A DNA stretch of 58,861 bases from Myxococcota bacterium (GTDB taxonomy: Bacteria; Myxococcota_A; UBA9160; PR03). Position 1 is the first letter of the stretch. Each line of letters opens with the position of its first letter. The translations under genes and the position numbers were made by a program. Positions 47,831 through 56,970 of the stretch are shown here, piece by piece. The notes under the pieces are model-generated. The model made no database searches, had not been told where the DNA came from, and saw nothing but the letters and a program-made list of their open reading frames with translations. The stretch is taken from contig JANQRO010000273.1 of NCBI GenBank assembly GCA_028284525.1, positions 1 through 58,861 of the forward strand, in the 5' to 3' direction.

Positions 47831-47973
47831 CCATCCGCGCCGGTCGGTGCCGAGAACGGCCCTCCTCCCCTGGGGGGTCGCATAGCGATCGGCGTATATG
47901 AAACACTATTGTACTATAAAATTAGATACGGTACAGATGTGTTCCGAAACACCACTTGGCGGAGGTAGCCCTC

Positions 47974-49137
47974 ATGGTGCTGAACGAAGTGCGACGAATC
48001 GCCGCGCAACCCCCGGGTCGGGCGGATGCCTTGCCCTTCGATGCCTATCGAGACCCCGACTATTTCGAGGTCGAGCAGCGAGAGGTCTTCGGCCGCGATT
48101 GGGTCTTCGTGTGCATGGACGCCGATCTTCCCCAGCCCGGCGACTATCACGCCCTGAAGATCGCCGATGAGCACGTGGTGGTTCTACGCGGCGCCGACGG
48201 CGAACTCCGCGCGTTGTCCAACGTGTGTCGGCACCGCGGCGCCGTCCTGCTCGAGCACAGCGGCAACATCAAGAACAACGTGGTCTGCCCCTACCACGCC
48301 TGGACGTACACGGATACGGGCTTGCTCAGGGGCGTCCCGTTCTCGGGCGATGTCGATGTCGACAAACGGGAACACTGTCTCCCCGAGTTCCGACTGGGTA
48401 CATGGTGCGGGCTGGTCTTCGTCAGCCTGAACGATGAAGCGCCGCCCCTCGAGGAGCGCTTTCGAGGCTTGGAACGCTACTTCTCGCGGTACCAGGTCGA
48501 ATCGTACGAATACACGACACCGATCGGCATCGAGCACTGGCAGGCCAACTGGAAGCTGGCCATGGAGAACTTCGTCGAGGGGTATCACTTTTTCGCAGTC
48601 CATCAGAAGACCGTCGAGACAGCCGCCTCCACCCGAGATTGCTTCTACGTCGAGGGGCGCGCAGACTGGTCGGTCACTGGTGGCATCCAGCTGGACTACA
48701 CCAACACGCTGATCGGCTGGGTGAAGCCCAAGCCTCGAAGGATCCGTTATCTCTCGATCTGCCTCCCACCCAATCTGGTGGTGAACCTGTACGAAGGCTA
48801 CATGGGTTGGGTCCGAGTCCTGCCGACCGGGCCAACGACCTGCGAAACCGCCACAGGGTTCTGTGCGGTCCAAGGTGGCATTCCGTTGGCATACAAGCTC
48901 TATCAGTGGTTCAGCGACTTCGACAAGAGGACCTTTGCGGAAGACCGTGCGATCTGCGAAAGCGTGCAGCGAGGTGCGACCAGCCGGCGTTCGAAGGGAG
49001 GGCGACTGCTCGAGCTCGAACGGGCCGTCGTCGACTTTCATCAGTATCTCGGCAAGCAGCTCTTCGACGAAGACCACAGCACCCACTATCGCACCCATCA
49101 AGCCGAGCGCTTCGACGGAACCCGCCGGGCGTCCTGA
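47974..49137 (+). CDS. Rieske [2Fe-2S] aromatic-ring-hydroxylating oxygenase alpha subunit
   Basis: CRHRGAVLL-x17-CPYHAWTY is the Rieske motif. The ATG at 47974 has GGAGG 9 nt upstream. It is divergent from the TetR gene. Confidence 0.85.
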   Translation: MVLNEVRRIAAQPPGRADALPFDAYRDPDYFEVEQREVFGRDWVFVCMDADLPQPGDYHALKIADEHVVVLRGADGELRALSNVCRHRGAVLLEHSGNIKNNVVCPYHAWTYTDTGLLRGVPFSGDVDVDKREHCLPEFRLGTWCGLVFVSLNDEAPPLEERFRGLERYFSRYQVESYEYTTPIGIEHWQANWKLAMENFVEGYHFFAVHQKTVETAASTRDCFYVEGRADWSVTGGIQLDYTNTLIGWVKPKPRRIRYLSICLPPNLVVNLYEGYMGWVRVLPTGPTTCETATGFCAVQGGIPLAYKLYQWFSDFDKRTFAEDRAICESVQRGATSRRSKGGRLLELERAVVDFHQYLGKQLFDEDHSTHYRTHQAERFDGTRRAS

Positions 49138-49456
49138 CCCACGGTGCACTCCAGTGGTCTTCTCTCCGATTCCGCTCAACACTCTCCGTCGAACAGGCCC
49201 ACGAAGTGCTCCCCGAAGGATCGGTGCCTCGATCCCTCCGCGAAGCACGCCGCGCGAAACGCCGGTGCCGCGGTGGAGCGCGGCGCCTCGACCCGCCGGG
49301 TAGGGCTACGGGCGACCTCCATGGGATCGGAGCCGTGGCTCGTGTTCGGAGTTTGCGGGGGTCGGACTCTTCCCTCCAAGCGCCTCGATCGCTTGCCGGC
49401 AGCAGGTCGGTCTGGCAGTCGCGTACTCGTAGAGCGCGCGTGGTAGCATTCGTTCG

Positions 49457-50332
49457 ATGGATCTCTCACCCCTCGTGAGCACCGCATGGCTCGGCGACCA
49501 TCTGGATGCTCCCGATCTGCGGGTGTTCGACACGACCGTCCACTTGGATGTCGTGCCGGCCGGCTTCGAGATCCGAAGCGGCCGCACCGAATACGACGCG
49601 AAGCACATCCCCGGGGCGGGCTTTCTCGACATCGTGGCAGACCTCTCCGATCCGGCCTCCGAGCTCGCCTTCACACGCCTTGCCCCCGACAGGATCGCGC
49701 GGGTGCTCTCCCGATCCGGCGTCTCCAACGAGAGCCACGTGGTGCTCTACAGCGCGGGCGAGGTGATGTGGGCGACGCGCGCGTGGTGGCTGTTCCGGTC
49801 GGTTGGCCTGGAGACGGTCTCCGTACTCGACGGGGGTCTTGCGAAGTGGGAAGCCGAGGGCCGGCCGGTCTCCCGCGAGCCCTGCGCCTATCGCGAAGCG
49901 GTGTTCGACGCCCAGCCGATCGAGACCCTCTGGGCCACGAAGGAGGAGGTGCGACAGGCGACCGAACACGGTGGCGCGTGCACGCTCAACGCCTTGCCAC
50001 ATCCGATGCACACCGGCGCCGCAGGGCTCGGCTACCGCCGGCCGGGCCGAATCGCCGGCAGCGAGAACGTCCCCTTCTCCGACCTCCTGGACCCATCCGA
50101 CGGCACCTTCCTCGCGCCCGCGGAGCTGCGCGATCACTTCAAGACGGCCGGAGCGCTCGAGAAGGACCGTGTGATCTGCTACTGCGGCGGCGGCATCGCG
50201 GCGACGCAGAACGCGGTCGCCCTCCTGCTCGTCGGCCATCCGAGCGTGGCGGTCTACGATGGCGGTCTGGACGAGTGGTCCCGGGATCCCGAGCTCCCGA
50301 TGGAGGCGGACGAGGCCGGCTCGAGCGGGTAG
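49457..50332 (+). CDS. Tandem-rhodanese sulfurtransferase (thiosulfate/3-mercaptopyruvate type)
   Basis: Starts LVSTAWLGDHL and has two rhodanese domains. The active-site loop is CYCGGGIAAT. Confidence 0.85.
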   Translation: MDLSPLVSTAWLGDHLDAPDLRVFDTTVHLDVVPAGFEIRSGRTEYDAKHIPGAGFLDIVADLSDPASELAFTRLAPDRIARVLSRSGVSNESHVVLYSAGEVMWATRAWWLFRSVGLETVSVLDGGLAKWEAEGRPVSREPCAYREAVFDAQPIETLWATKEEVRQATEHGGACTLNALPHPMHTGAAGLGYRRPGRIAGSENVPFSDLLDPSDGTFLAPAELRDHFKTAGALEKDRVICYCGGGIAATQNAVALLLVGHPSVAVYDGGLDEWSRDPELPMEADEAGSSG

Positions 50333-50735
50333 TCCGTCGAGCTTCCGGGTGCCCTGTCTTGTCATCGCCCGGGGCCGCGGGATCAGCGCCGAGGCCTGGG
50401 GCTCTTACAGTCGACACTTCGACACGCTCCGGTATATGCCGGGCGTGGTCACGTGGTGGCATCAGGCGAAGCCCGTGTTCGAACCGCGATTCGCACAGTA
50501 CTTCGAAGCGAAGCTGTTGGCCGAACGCGACGCTACCCACACGGAGGCCTAGCCACGGACCTCTCTCGACTCGCCAACCTCGGAGAGTTCATCGGTAGCC
50601 CCTGTGGGCCTTCGATCTGATGGTCAGTGCCGTGATGACGGCGGCCTCCCCGGGGCGGGCTTGGCGGATCGTCACGACGCCCATCGAGGAGGGACTGCGG
50701 AGGACGCTACCATGGCCCCACCCGGAGGCACGGTC

Positions 50736-51686
50736 ATGGAGTTCACCTTCGAGAAAGGGTTGCACGATCTCGGGAACGGGGCCTACGCCTGGCTGGCCCA
50801 GGATGCGAGCTGGGGCTGGAGCAACGCCGGGCTGGTCGTCGACGGGGATCAGTCGCTGCTGGTCGACACGCTCTTCGACCTGCGCACGACGCGAGAGATG
50901 CTGGACGCGATGCGCGGCGCGGAACCCGTGGCGGCGGCGAACATCGGGACGCTGGTCAACACGCACGCCAACGGCGACCACTGCCACGGCAACCAGCTCG
51001 TCGAGGGTGCGGAGATCATCGCCTCGACCGCCTCCGCCCAGGAGATGACCGAGCTGCCCCCCGAGGCCCTGGCGGCCATGATGACGCAACTCGCGGACGA
51101 CCCGAGCCCGACGGCCCGTTTCATCTGCGACATCTTCGAGCCCTTCGAGTTTCGGGGCATCCGCCACACCCCACCGACGCGGACCTTCGACCGCGAATTG
51201 ACCGTGCGCGTGGGCGGCAAGGAGGTGCGGCTGATCCAGGTCGGTCCGGCGCACACGAAGGGGGACGTGCTCGTGCACGTCCCCGCCGACGGCACGGTCT
51301 ACACCGGCGACATCCTCTTCATCGGCGGCACGCCGATCATGTGGGAGGGTCCGGTCCAGCGCTGGATCGACGCCTGCACGTTGATCGAAGAGATGGACGT
51401 CGAGACGGTCGTTCCCGGGCACGGGCCGATCACCGACCGGCGCGGCGCGGCGCTCGTGCGCGGGTACCTCGAGTACGTGCGCGATGAGGCGCGCGCCCGC
51501 TTCGATGCGGGGCTCGACGCTGCGGATGCCGCCCGGGACATCGCGCTTGCCGACTGGGAGTCGTGGGGCGACAGCGAGCGGATCGTTGTCAACGTCGACC
51601 GGCTCTACGCGGAGTTCTCGGGGAAGCCGCCGACCGCGGACGTGCTCGCGCTCTTCGGTCTCATGGCCGAGCTCCGGAAACGATAG
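50736..51686 (+). CDS. MBL-fold metallo-hydrolase
   Basis: ATG at 50736 with GGAGG upstream. Shows the VNTHANGDHCHGN (HxHxDH-type) motif and downstream His/Asp ligands. Confidence 0.8.
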   Translation: MEFTFEKGLHDLGNGAYAWLAQDASWGWSNAGLVVDGDQSLLVDTLFDLRTTREMLDAMRGAEPVAAANIGTLVNTHANGDHCHGNQLVEGAEIIASTASAQEMTELPPEALAAMMTQLADDPSPTARFICDIFEPFEFRGIRHTPPTRTFDRELTVRVGGKEVRLIQVGPAHTKGDVLVHVPADGTVYTGDILFIGGTPIMWEGPVQRWIDACTLIEEMDVETVVPGHGPITDRRGAALVRGYLEYVRDEARARFDAGLDAADAARDIALADWESWGDSERIVVNVDRLYAEFSGKPPTADVLALFGLMAELRKR

Positions 51687-51710
51687 ACGTGGAGAGCGTA
51701 TGCGCGGGGT

Positions 51711-54197
51711 CTATCCCTCTCGCGTCCAGGTGAAGTCGCGGTAGGCAAAGATGGCCTTCTCCTCGTCGTCGATCTGAAAGAGGTGGAGCCAGCCGTTCGT
51801 CACGAGGGAGAGAACCTGGTCGTGCTTGCCGAGGACCTGGTCGATGGCGGCCCGCGGCGCTTCGATGAAGACGCTGAGCCGGAGCGGATCGTGCACCCAC
51901 GTCTCGCCGTCGTGCAACGATTGCAGCGGTAGCCCGATACGCAGATCGCCTCCGTTGCCTTCGAACACACCGAGATGACCGCCGACGACGTTGTGGAGCA
52001 CCTTGTTTCCACTTCCGTAGTGTCGATTGTCGACCGTCGAAGCGTAGTACTGAAAGTTGATCCAGTGGGTGACCACCATGGGTGCGGTCATGAGCAGCTC
52101 GAGGATGCTCAGGTCCTCGTCGTCGCGGTAGCGGTAGTCGTGCAGGAAGGAACGGCCGCCGAGGTCGAGATGCCGGGTGTGCTCGCGGGGGGCGATGATG
52201 AAGGCGGCGTTGTTGGTGAGACCCCATTCCGGTCGTACCTGCGCCCAGTCACGGGTGCGCTCTCGGATCGCCGCGCCCAACCCCTCGGCACTGGGCTCCG
52301 CGATCCCGAGCAGCGGTGCGCGCTCGCTCCTCGCCCGTTTGCTGGCGTTCGCCAGCCAGGTCTTGAGCTCACCCAGGGCGCCGAGGTGCGACGTCGGGAT
52401 CTCCTCCTCGTCGAAGATCGCGACTTCGTCGGTGGTCGTGTTGTGGAGACCCGCGACGAAGTGTGTCGACTCGGGAACCTCGATGCCGCGCTCGACGAGT
52501 CTGCGTCGAACCTCGACGTCGTTGAGCAGGGCCGCTGCGGCGCGGGCATTCACTTCCCCCGTCTGGCCACAACACGCGCCACAGTCGAGGCCCGCGGCGT
52601 GGGGGTTGTTCCGGGTCTCGCTGCCATGCCCGGCGAGCAAAACCAGCGGCGCGAATTCACGGGTGACGCTCATCGCCCGCAGGATGCCCGCGGCCAGGTC
52701 ACAGCGCGCGTCGGCGTCGATCGGCGCGCCGTCGACCGTTTCGGTCAGACGCGGTTTGCGACGCCCGGCCGTATCCGCCGAGAATCCGGCGAGGTCGATC
52801 CGGGTCGGGGCGACGCGGCTGAAGCCGTCCGCGAGGAGTTTCGCGGCGTAGTGGAGACCCATGGCTTCGACGAACACGAAGGTCGAGACCGCTCCCGATT
52901 TGAGCGCCTTCCACGCCCGGGCCGCCTCGAGCTCGCCAGCACGCCCCTCGGCATCGGCGGCATCGACCCCGGTATCCGTCACCCGAAGCTGGGGTCCGAG
53001 GAGTCCCGGCAGCTGGGGCCGCGCCTGGTCGGCGCCGAGCGGCCGATATTCGATCGGCATTCCGAAGAACCCCGCGAAGCCGATCGTCTGGATCCGGTCC
53101 GACTGCCGCTCCAGCGCGCGCCGGTAGATCTCCGAACGAACGTCGATGCAGAACGCCGCCTGCACCGCCACGGATTCCGTCGCGACACAATCGAGTCCCT
53201 GTGGAATGGCCGCGATCAAGGGCTCTTGCCAGGCGATCTCGACGGCTTCCTGCAGCAGCCAGTCCGCCGAGCGCGCCAGCCACGCATCGAGATCGACCTT
53301 CGGCCAGTTGACCACGGCCCGCCGCCAGCCCTGCGCGACGCTCGCGTCGCCACTGCGATGGAGGAGCCACTCCCACGCGATCCGCATCGCCAGGAGATCG
53401 ACCACGGCATGGTCGTCGCGTCCATCGAGCCCGGCCATCCACCGACGGTAGGCGCACCACGACGCCCAGCCGTTGAGGTCGAGAAGCAACGCGTGGAGGT
53501 AGGCGACGGTCTCCTCGTCCGGCACCTCGAGCGCGCCGAGGGCCATCTCGATCATCTCGAGGGGGCGGGTCGGCAACGCGGCGGCGAGCTCGGAGTACGA
53601 CGTCATCGTCTTGAGCAATCTCGGCCCCTTGTCGCCGGCCGCTTGTCGCCTCCAGCTCGCGTAGAGCCCGCCGTCCCGATCGGGCCCGAGCTGGGACTGT
53701 CCCTCGTCGAAGTACGAGGCGCAGAACTGGCTGAGGGAGGAAGTCACCAGCTCCCGCCACGACATCTCGTGCGCCACGTCGCCCGCCGCGTCGGCGACGT
53801 CCACGACCAGCAGGCGTCGGGGGGCTTCCGGCTCGTCGCGGTCGAGCATGGCCGACAGCTCCGAGACCGTGATCGGAGAGCCGGCGCGATCGAGTGCTGC
53901 CTGCAGGTGTTCGTCACGTACGGTGCCGGCTTCGTACGCCTCCCGATACCAGCTGCGCGGCATCAGCAGGCGAGCTCCGGAGCGCGAGCGAAGGAGCGCG
54001 TCGACGTCGGCGACCGAGCGATCCGTCATGCCCCAGAACGGGTTGACCGCGATGAAGCGGTCCAGCGGCCACGTGGGCGCGATGCACGCGGCGGCCGCTT
54101 CGACGGCGGATGCGATGGGTTTCGGGGACACGCGATCCCCCTCGTCGATGGCCTCGCGCACCGGCGTGTCGGTCGGGGTGTTTGTTCGCGTACTCAT
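51711..54197 (-). CDS. dabA: DabA (DUF2309/PF10070) inorganic-carbon pump subunit
   Basis: ATG at 54197. Shows WPLDRFIAVNPFWG, AAFCIDVRSE, GFAGFFG and LLAGHGSETRNNPHAAGLDCGACCG. These give beta-carbonic-anhydrase-like Cys/Asp/His/Cys positions. Confidence 0.85.
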   Translation of the reverse strand: MSTRTNTPTDTPVREAIDEGDRVSPKPIASAVEAAAACIAPTWPLDRFIAVNPFWGMTDRSVADVDALLRSRSGARLLMPRSWYREAYEAGTVRDEHLQAALDRAGSPITVSELSAMLDRDEPEAPRRLLVVDVADAAGDVAHEMSWRELVTSSLSQFCASYFDEGQSQLGPDRDGGLYASWRRQAAGDKGPRLLKTMTSYSELAAALPTRPLEMIEMALGALEVPDEETVAYLHALLLDLNGWASWCAYRRWMAGLDGRDDHAVVDLLAMRIAWEWLLHRSGDASVAQGWRRAVVNWPKVDLDAWLARSADWLLQEAVEIAWQEPLIAAIPQGLDCVATESVAVQAAFCIDVRSEIYRRALERQSDRIQTIGFAGFFGMPIEYRPLGADQARPQLPGLLGPQLRVTDTGVDAADAEGRAGELEAARAWKALKSGAVSTFVFVEAMGLHYAAKLLADGFSRVAPTRIDLAGFSADTAGRRKPRLTETVDGAPIDADARCDLAAGILRAMSVTREFAPLVLLAGHGSETRNNPHAAGLDCGACCGQTGEVNARAAAALLNDVEVRRRLVERGIEVPESTHFVAGLHNTTTDEVAIFDEEEIPTSHLGALGELKTWLANASKRARSERAPLLGIAEPSAEGLGAAIRERTRDWAQVRPEWGLTNNAAFIIAPREHTRHLDLGGRSFLHDYRYRDDEDLSILELLMTAPMVVTHWINFQYYASTVDNRHYGSGNKVLHNVVGGHLGVFEGNGGDLRIGLPLQSLHDGETWVHDPLRLSVFIEAPRAAIDQVLGKHDQVLSLVTNGWLHLFQIDDEEKAIFAYRDFTWTREG

Positions 54198-54234
54198 TCT
54201 GGGAGCTCCGATGGATCGAAGGGTGTCGAGGCGT

Positions 54235-55779
54235 TCACGCCCGGGCCGGCGCCCGCGGCGGCCACAACCGGAAGGTGAGCCGGGTGAAGCGCTCGTCGAG
54301 GTAGAGCCCGGCGAAGAGCCAGCGGTGTAGCCGGTGCGCGAAGGCGCTCTCCGGCAACGCCTGCAGCGCCGCCTGGACGACGAAGAGAGCCGCGAACCCG
54401 GCGGCCACGACCGACCACGCCAGCAGCGTCGGCTGCGCGTCCGGTACGCCGAGGAGCCGTCCCACGACGAGGTGCCAGCCGAAATAGAGCGCCACGACGC
54501 CCGCGCCCTGAAGCGCGATGGTCCGGGTTGCCGCACCGCCGACGCTGAGCGCGCGCGCCCACATCGGGACGAGCGATAGCGCGGCGACGAGAGCGAACAG
54601 CCGGGTCGTTAGGTCCACCGACCCACCGATTACCGGGACCGCTTCCGCCACGAGCAATCCCACACCGAACAACCCGAGCACGATGGCCGCGACCCAGACG
54701 ATCTGCGCCAACGTTTCGGGCCGGCGAGTCGGCAGCAGGGATTCGATTCGCCAGGCTTCGACGGTGCTCCCCGAGCTCAGGAACGAATGCGCCTTGTACA
54801 ACGAATGTGCGACGAGGTGCAGGAGCGCGAGGTCCCAGGCGCCGAGACCGCACTGCACCAGCATCAAGCCCATCTGCGCACAGGTCGACCACGCGAGCGC
54901 GACCTTGATACTGACCCGGGTCGTCATGACGAGAGCACCGAGCACCACCGAGACCATTCCGACCACGACCAGGAAGGTCTGCGCGACCGGCGCCGCGGCC
55001 ATCAGGGCAGCGAGCCGGATCATCAGGAACCCGCCGATGTTCACGACGCCGGCGTGCAACAGAGCGGAAACGGGGGTCGGCGCCTCCATCACCTGGGTGA
55101 GCCAGCCGTGCAGCGGGATCTGGGCACACTTCACGCAGGCGCCGAGAGCGAAGAGGAAGGCGGCCAGGTGGACTGCAACCGGCAGGCCCTCCCGACCGGC
55201 GACCCACGCCTGGATCGCATCGAGATTCAGGCTGCCGATCGTCGAGTAGGTCAGACCCAGGCCGATGAGCAGACAGAGATCGGCAAAGCGACTCGCCAGG
55301 AATTTCTTGTGCGCCGCGACGATCGCAGCGGGCCGGTCGTAGAATGTCAGGAGCTGGTGCAGCGCGAGGCTCGTCGACGTCCAGGCGAACGCCAGCAGCA
55401 GGAGGTTGTTGGCGACCACGAGCGTCGAGACCGCCGCCAGGGTCGCCATCAGCCAACCGGCGTAGCGCTGCGCGCCGGGGTCTCCCGCGAGGTACGAGAC
55501 CGAGTAGCGGACGACGGCGACCCCCATCCCCGCCACCAGGAGCAGCATCACGCAGGTGACGAAGTCGAGACGGATCAGCGTCGCACCCGGGGCCGCTTCC
55601 GGCGAGACCAGCGTGCCGAGCGCGACCAGCACCGAGAGCCCCGCCGCCACCCACGACGCGATCGAGGCCGCACGGAACGGCGCAGTGAGCGGGCCGAGCA
55701 ACGCGGCCGAGATCATCACCATGGGAATCGCGAGCGCGAGAGAGCGCGTCAACGTCTGCCAGTCGAGGGACGGTTCCAT
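54235..55779 (-). CDS. dabB: DabB, NuoL/MnhA-like proton-translocating membrane subunit
   Basis: A polytopic protein with a MEAPTPVSALLHAGVVNIGGFL motif. It lies 37 bp upstream of dabA on the same strand. Confidence 0.85.
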   Translation of the reverse strand: MEPSLDWQTLTRSLALAIPMVMISAALLGPLTAPFRAASIASWVAAGLSVLVALGTLVSPEAAPGATLIRLDFVTCVMLLLVAGMGVAVVRYSVSYLAGDPGAQRYAGWLMATLAAVSTLVVANNLLLLAFAWTSTSLALHQLLTFYDRPAAIVAAHKKFLASRFADLCLLIGLGLTYSTIGSLNLDAIQAWVAGREGLPVAVHLAAFLFALGACVKCAQIPLHGWLTQVMEAPTPVSALLHAGVVNIGGFLMIRLAALMAAAPVAQTFLVVVGMVSVVLGALVMTTRVSIKVALAWSTCAQMGLMLVQCGLGAWDLALLHLVAHSLYKAHSFLSSGSTVEAWRIESLLPTRRPETLAQIVWVAAIVLGLFGVGLLVAEAVPVIGGSVDLTTRLFALVAALSLVPMWARALSVGGAATRTIALQGAGVVALYFGWHLVVGRLLGVPDAQPTLLAWSVVAAGFAALFVVQAALQALPESAFAHRLHRWLFAGLYLDERFTRLTFRLWPPRAPARA

Positions 55780-55863
55780 GGCGCGGCACCCTAGCTACCC
55801 TATTCGTTCTTCGAAAACATATAATCATTGACAAGATGTTCTATTTATTAGAATCTGGCCGCC

Positions 55864-56769
55864 ATGGATCGGATCAACCACCACCATCTCTTCTATTTCT
55901 GGGCGGTGGGCCATGAAGGGAACCTCACCACGGTCGCGCGGCGGCTCCACGTGTCGCAGTCGGCGGTCTCCGCGCAGATCCGGCAGCTCGAGGGCGACCT
56001 CGGGACGGAGCTCTTCTCTCGCGAGGGGCGGAGATTGGTGCTGACGGAGGCCGGACGGATCGCGCTCGGCTACGCCGACGAGATCTTCGCCCTCAGCACC
56101 GAGCTGCTCTCGACGATGCGGCAGGGTGCGTTGCGTGAGCAACGGCTTCGCGTCGGCACCGTTGCGACACTCTCTCGAAACTTCCAGGAGTCGTTTCTCA
56201 AGCCCCTCCTCGATCAACCCGATGTCCGCCTCCGTTTGATCTCCGGGAGCCTGGAGGAGCTGCTCGGGAGTCTGGCGAACCACTCGCTCGACCTGGTGCT
56301 TTCGAATCGTCGCCCGCCGGTCGTCTCCGGTCAGGCCTGGCGATGCCGCCGCGTCGCACGCCAACCAGTCAGCCTCATCGGGCATCCGCGACGCAGGGAG
56401 TTCCGTTTCCCCGACCACCTTCGCGACGTTCCGCTGATCGCGCCCGGGCCGAACAGCGACGTCCGCAGCGAGTTCGACGCACTCTGCGAGCGGCTCGGTG
56501 TGACGCTCCGAATTCAGGCCGAGGTCGACGACATGGCGACCATGCGGCTGTTGGCGCGGGACACGGAGGCGGTGGCGTTGCTTCCCTCGATCGTGGTGCG
56601 CGACGAGCTCCTCGACGGGACGCTGCACGAGTACTGTGTGGTGCCGGGCTTGTTCGAGACCTTCTACTCGATCTCCGTCGAGCGCCAGTACCAGAACCCC
56701 TTGCTCCAGGCCCTCGTCGTCCGCGACGAGGACGAGATGCTGGCGATGAACGCCGAGGACGTTGTCTAG
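55864..56769 (+). CDS. LysR-family (NhaR-like) transcriptional regulator
   Basis: Reads INHHHLFYFWAVGHEGNLTTVARRLHVSQSAVSAQIRQLE. It is divergent from dabBA across an 84-bp A/T-rich gap. Confidence 0.9.
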   Translation: MDRINHHHLFYFWAVGHEGNLTTVARRLHVSQSAVSAQIRQLEGDLGTELFSREGRRLVLTEAGRIALGYADEIFALSTELLSTMRQGALREQRLRVGTVATLSRNFQESFLKPLLDQPDVRLRLISGSLEELLGSLANHSLDLVLSNRRPPVVSGQAWRCRRVARQPVSLIGHPRRREFRFPDHLRDVPLIAPGPNSDVRSEFDALCERLGVTLRIQAEVDDMATMRLLARDTEAVALLPSIVVRDELLDGTLHEYCVVPGLFETFYSISVERQYQNPLLQALVVRDEDEMLAMNAEDVV

Positions 56770-56970
56770 ACGAATGTGTGGCGGGGCCGGCCGATCCCCG
56801 ACGACGTGCTCTCCTCCCTCCGCGCGAGAGCGGGGGCGTGGTTGCTGGAGTACTTCCACGCGGCCCGGGAGGCCGCCAGATAGGAAGCAAAGACGTGGCG
56901 ATCGCTACAATTTCGCCGAAAATGGCCCGCTCCTAGTCCCGAGACACCCGATCCCTCAGGAGAGACTCCC

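Noticed and set aside
50259-50552. 97-aa ORF after the sulfurtransferase (tail ...YMPGVVTWWHQAKPVFEPRFAQYFEAKLLAE)
   Set aside because: Only the last 45 or so residues look protein-like and the N-terminal part overlaps the rhodanese gene. It is probably the remnant of a 3' gene end and cannot be assigned.
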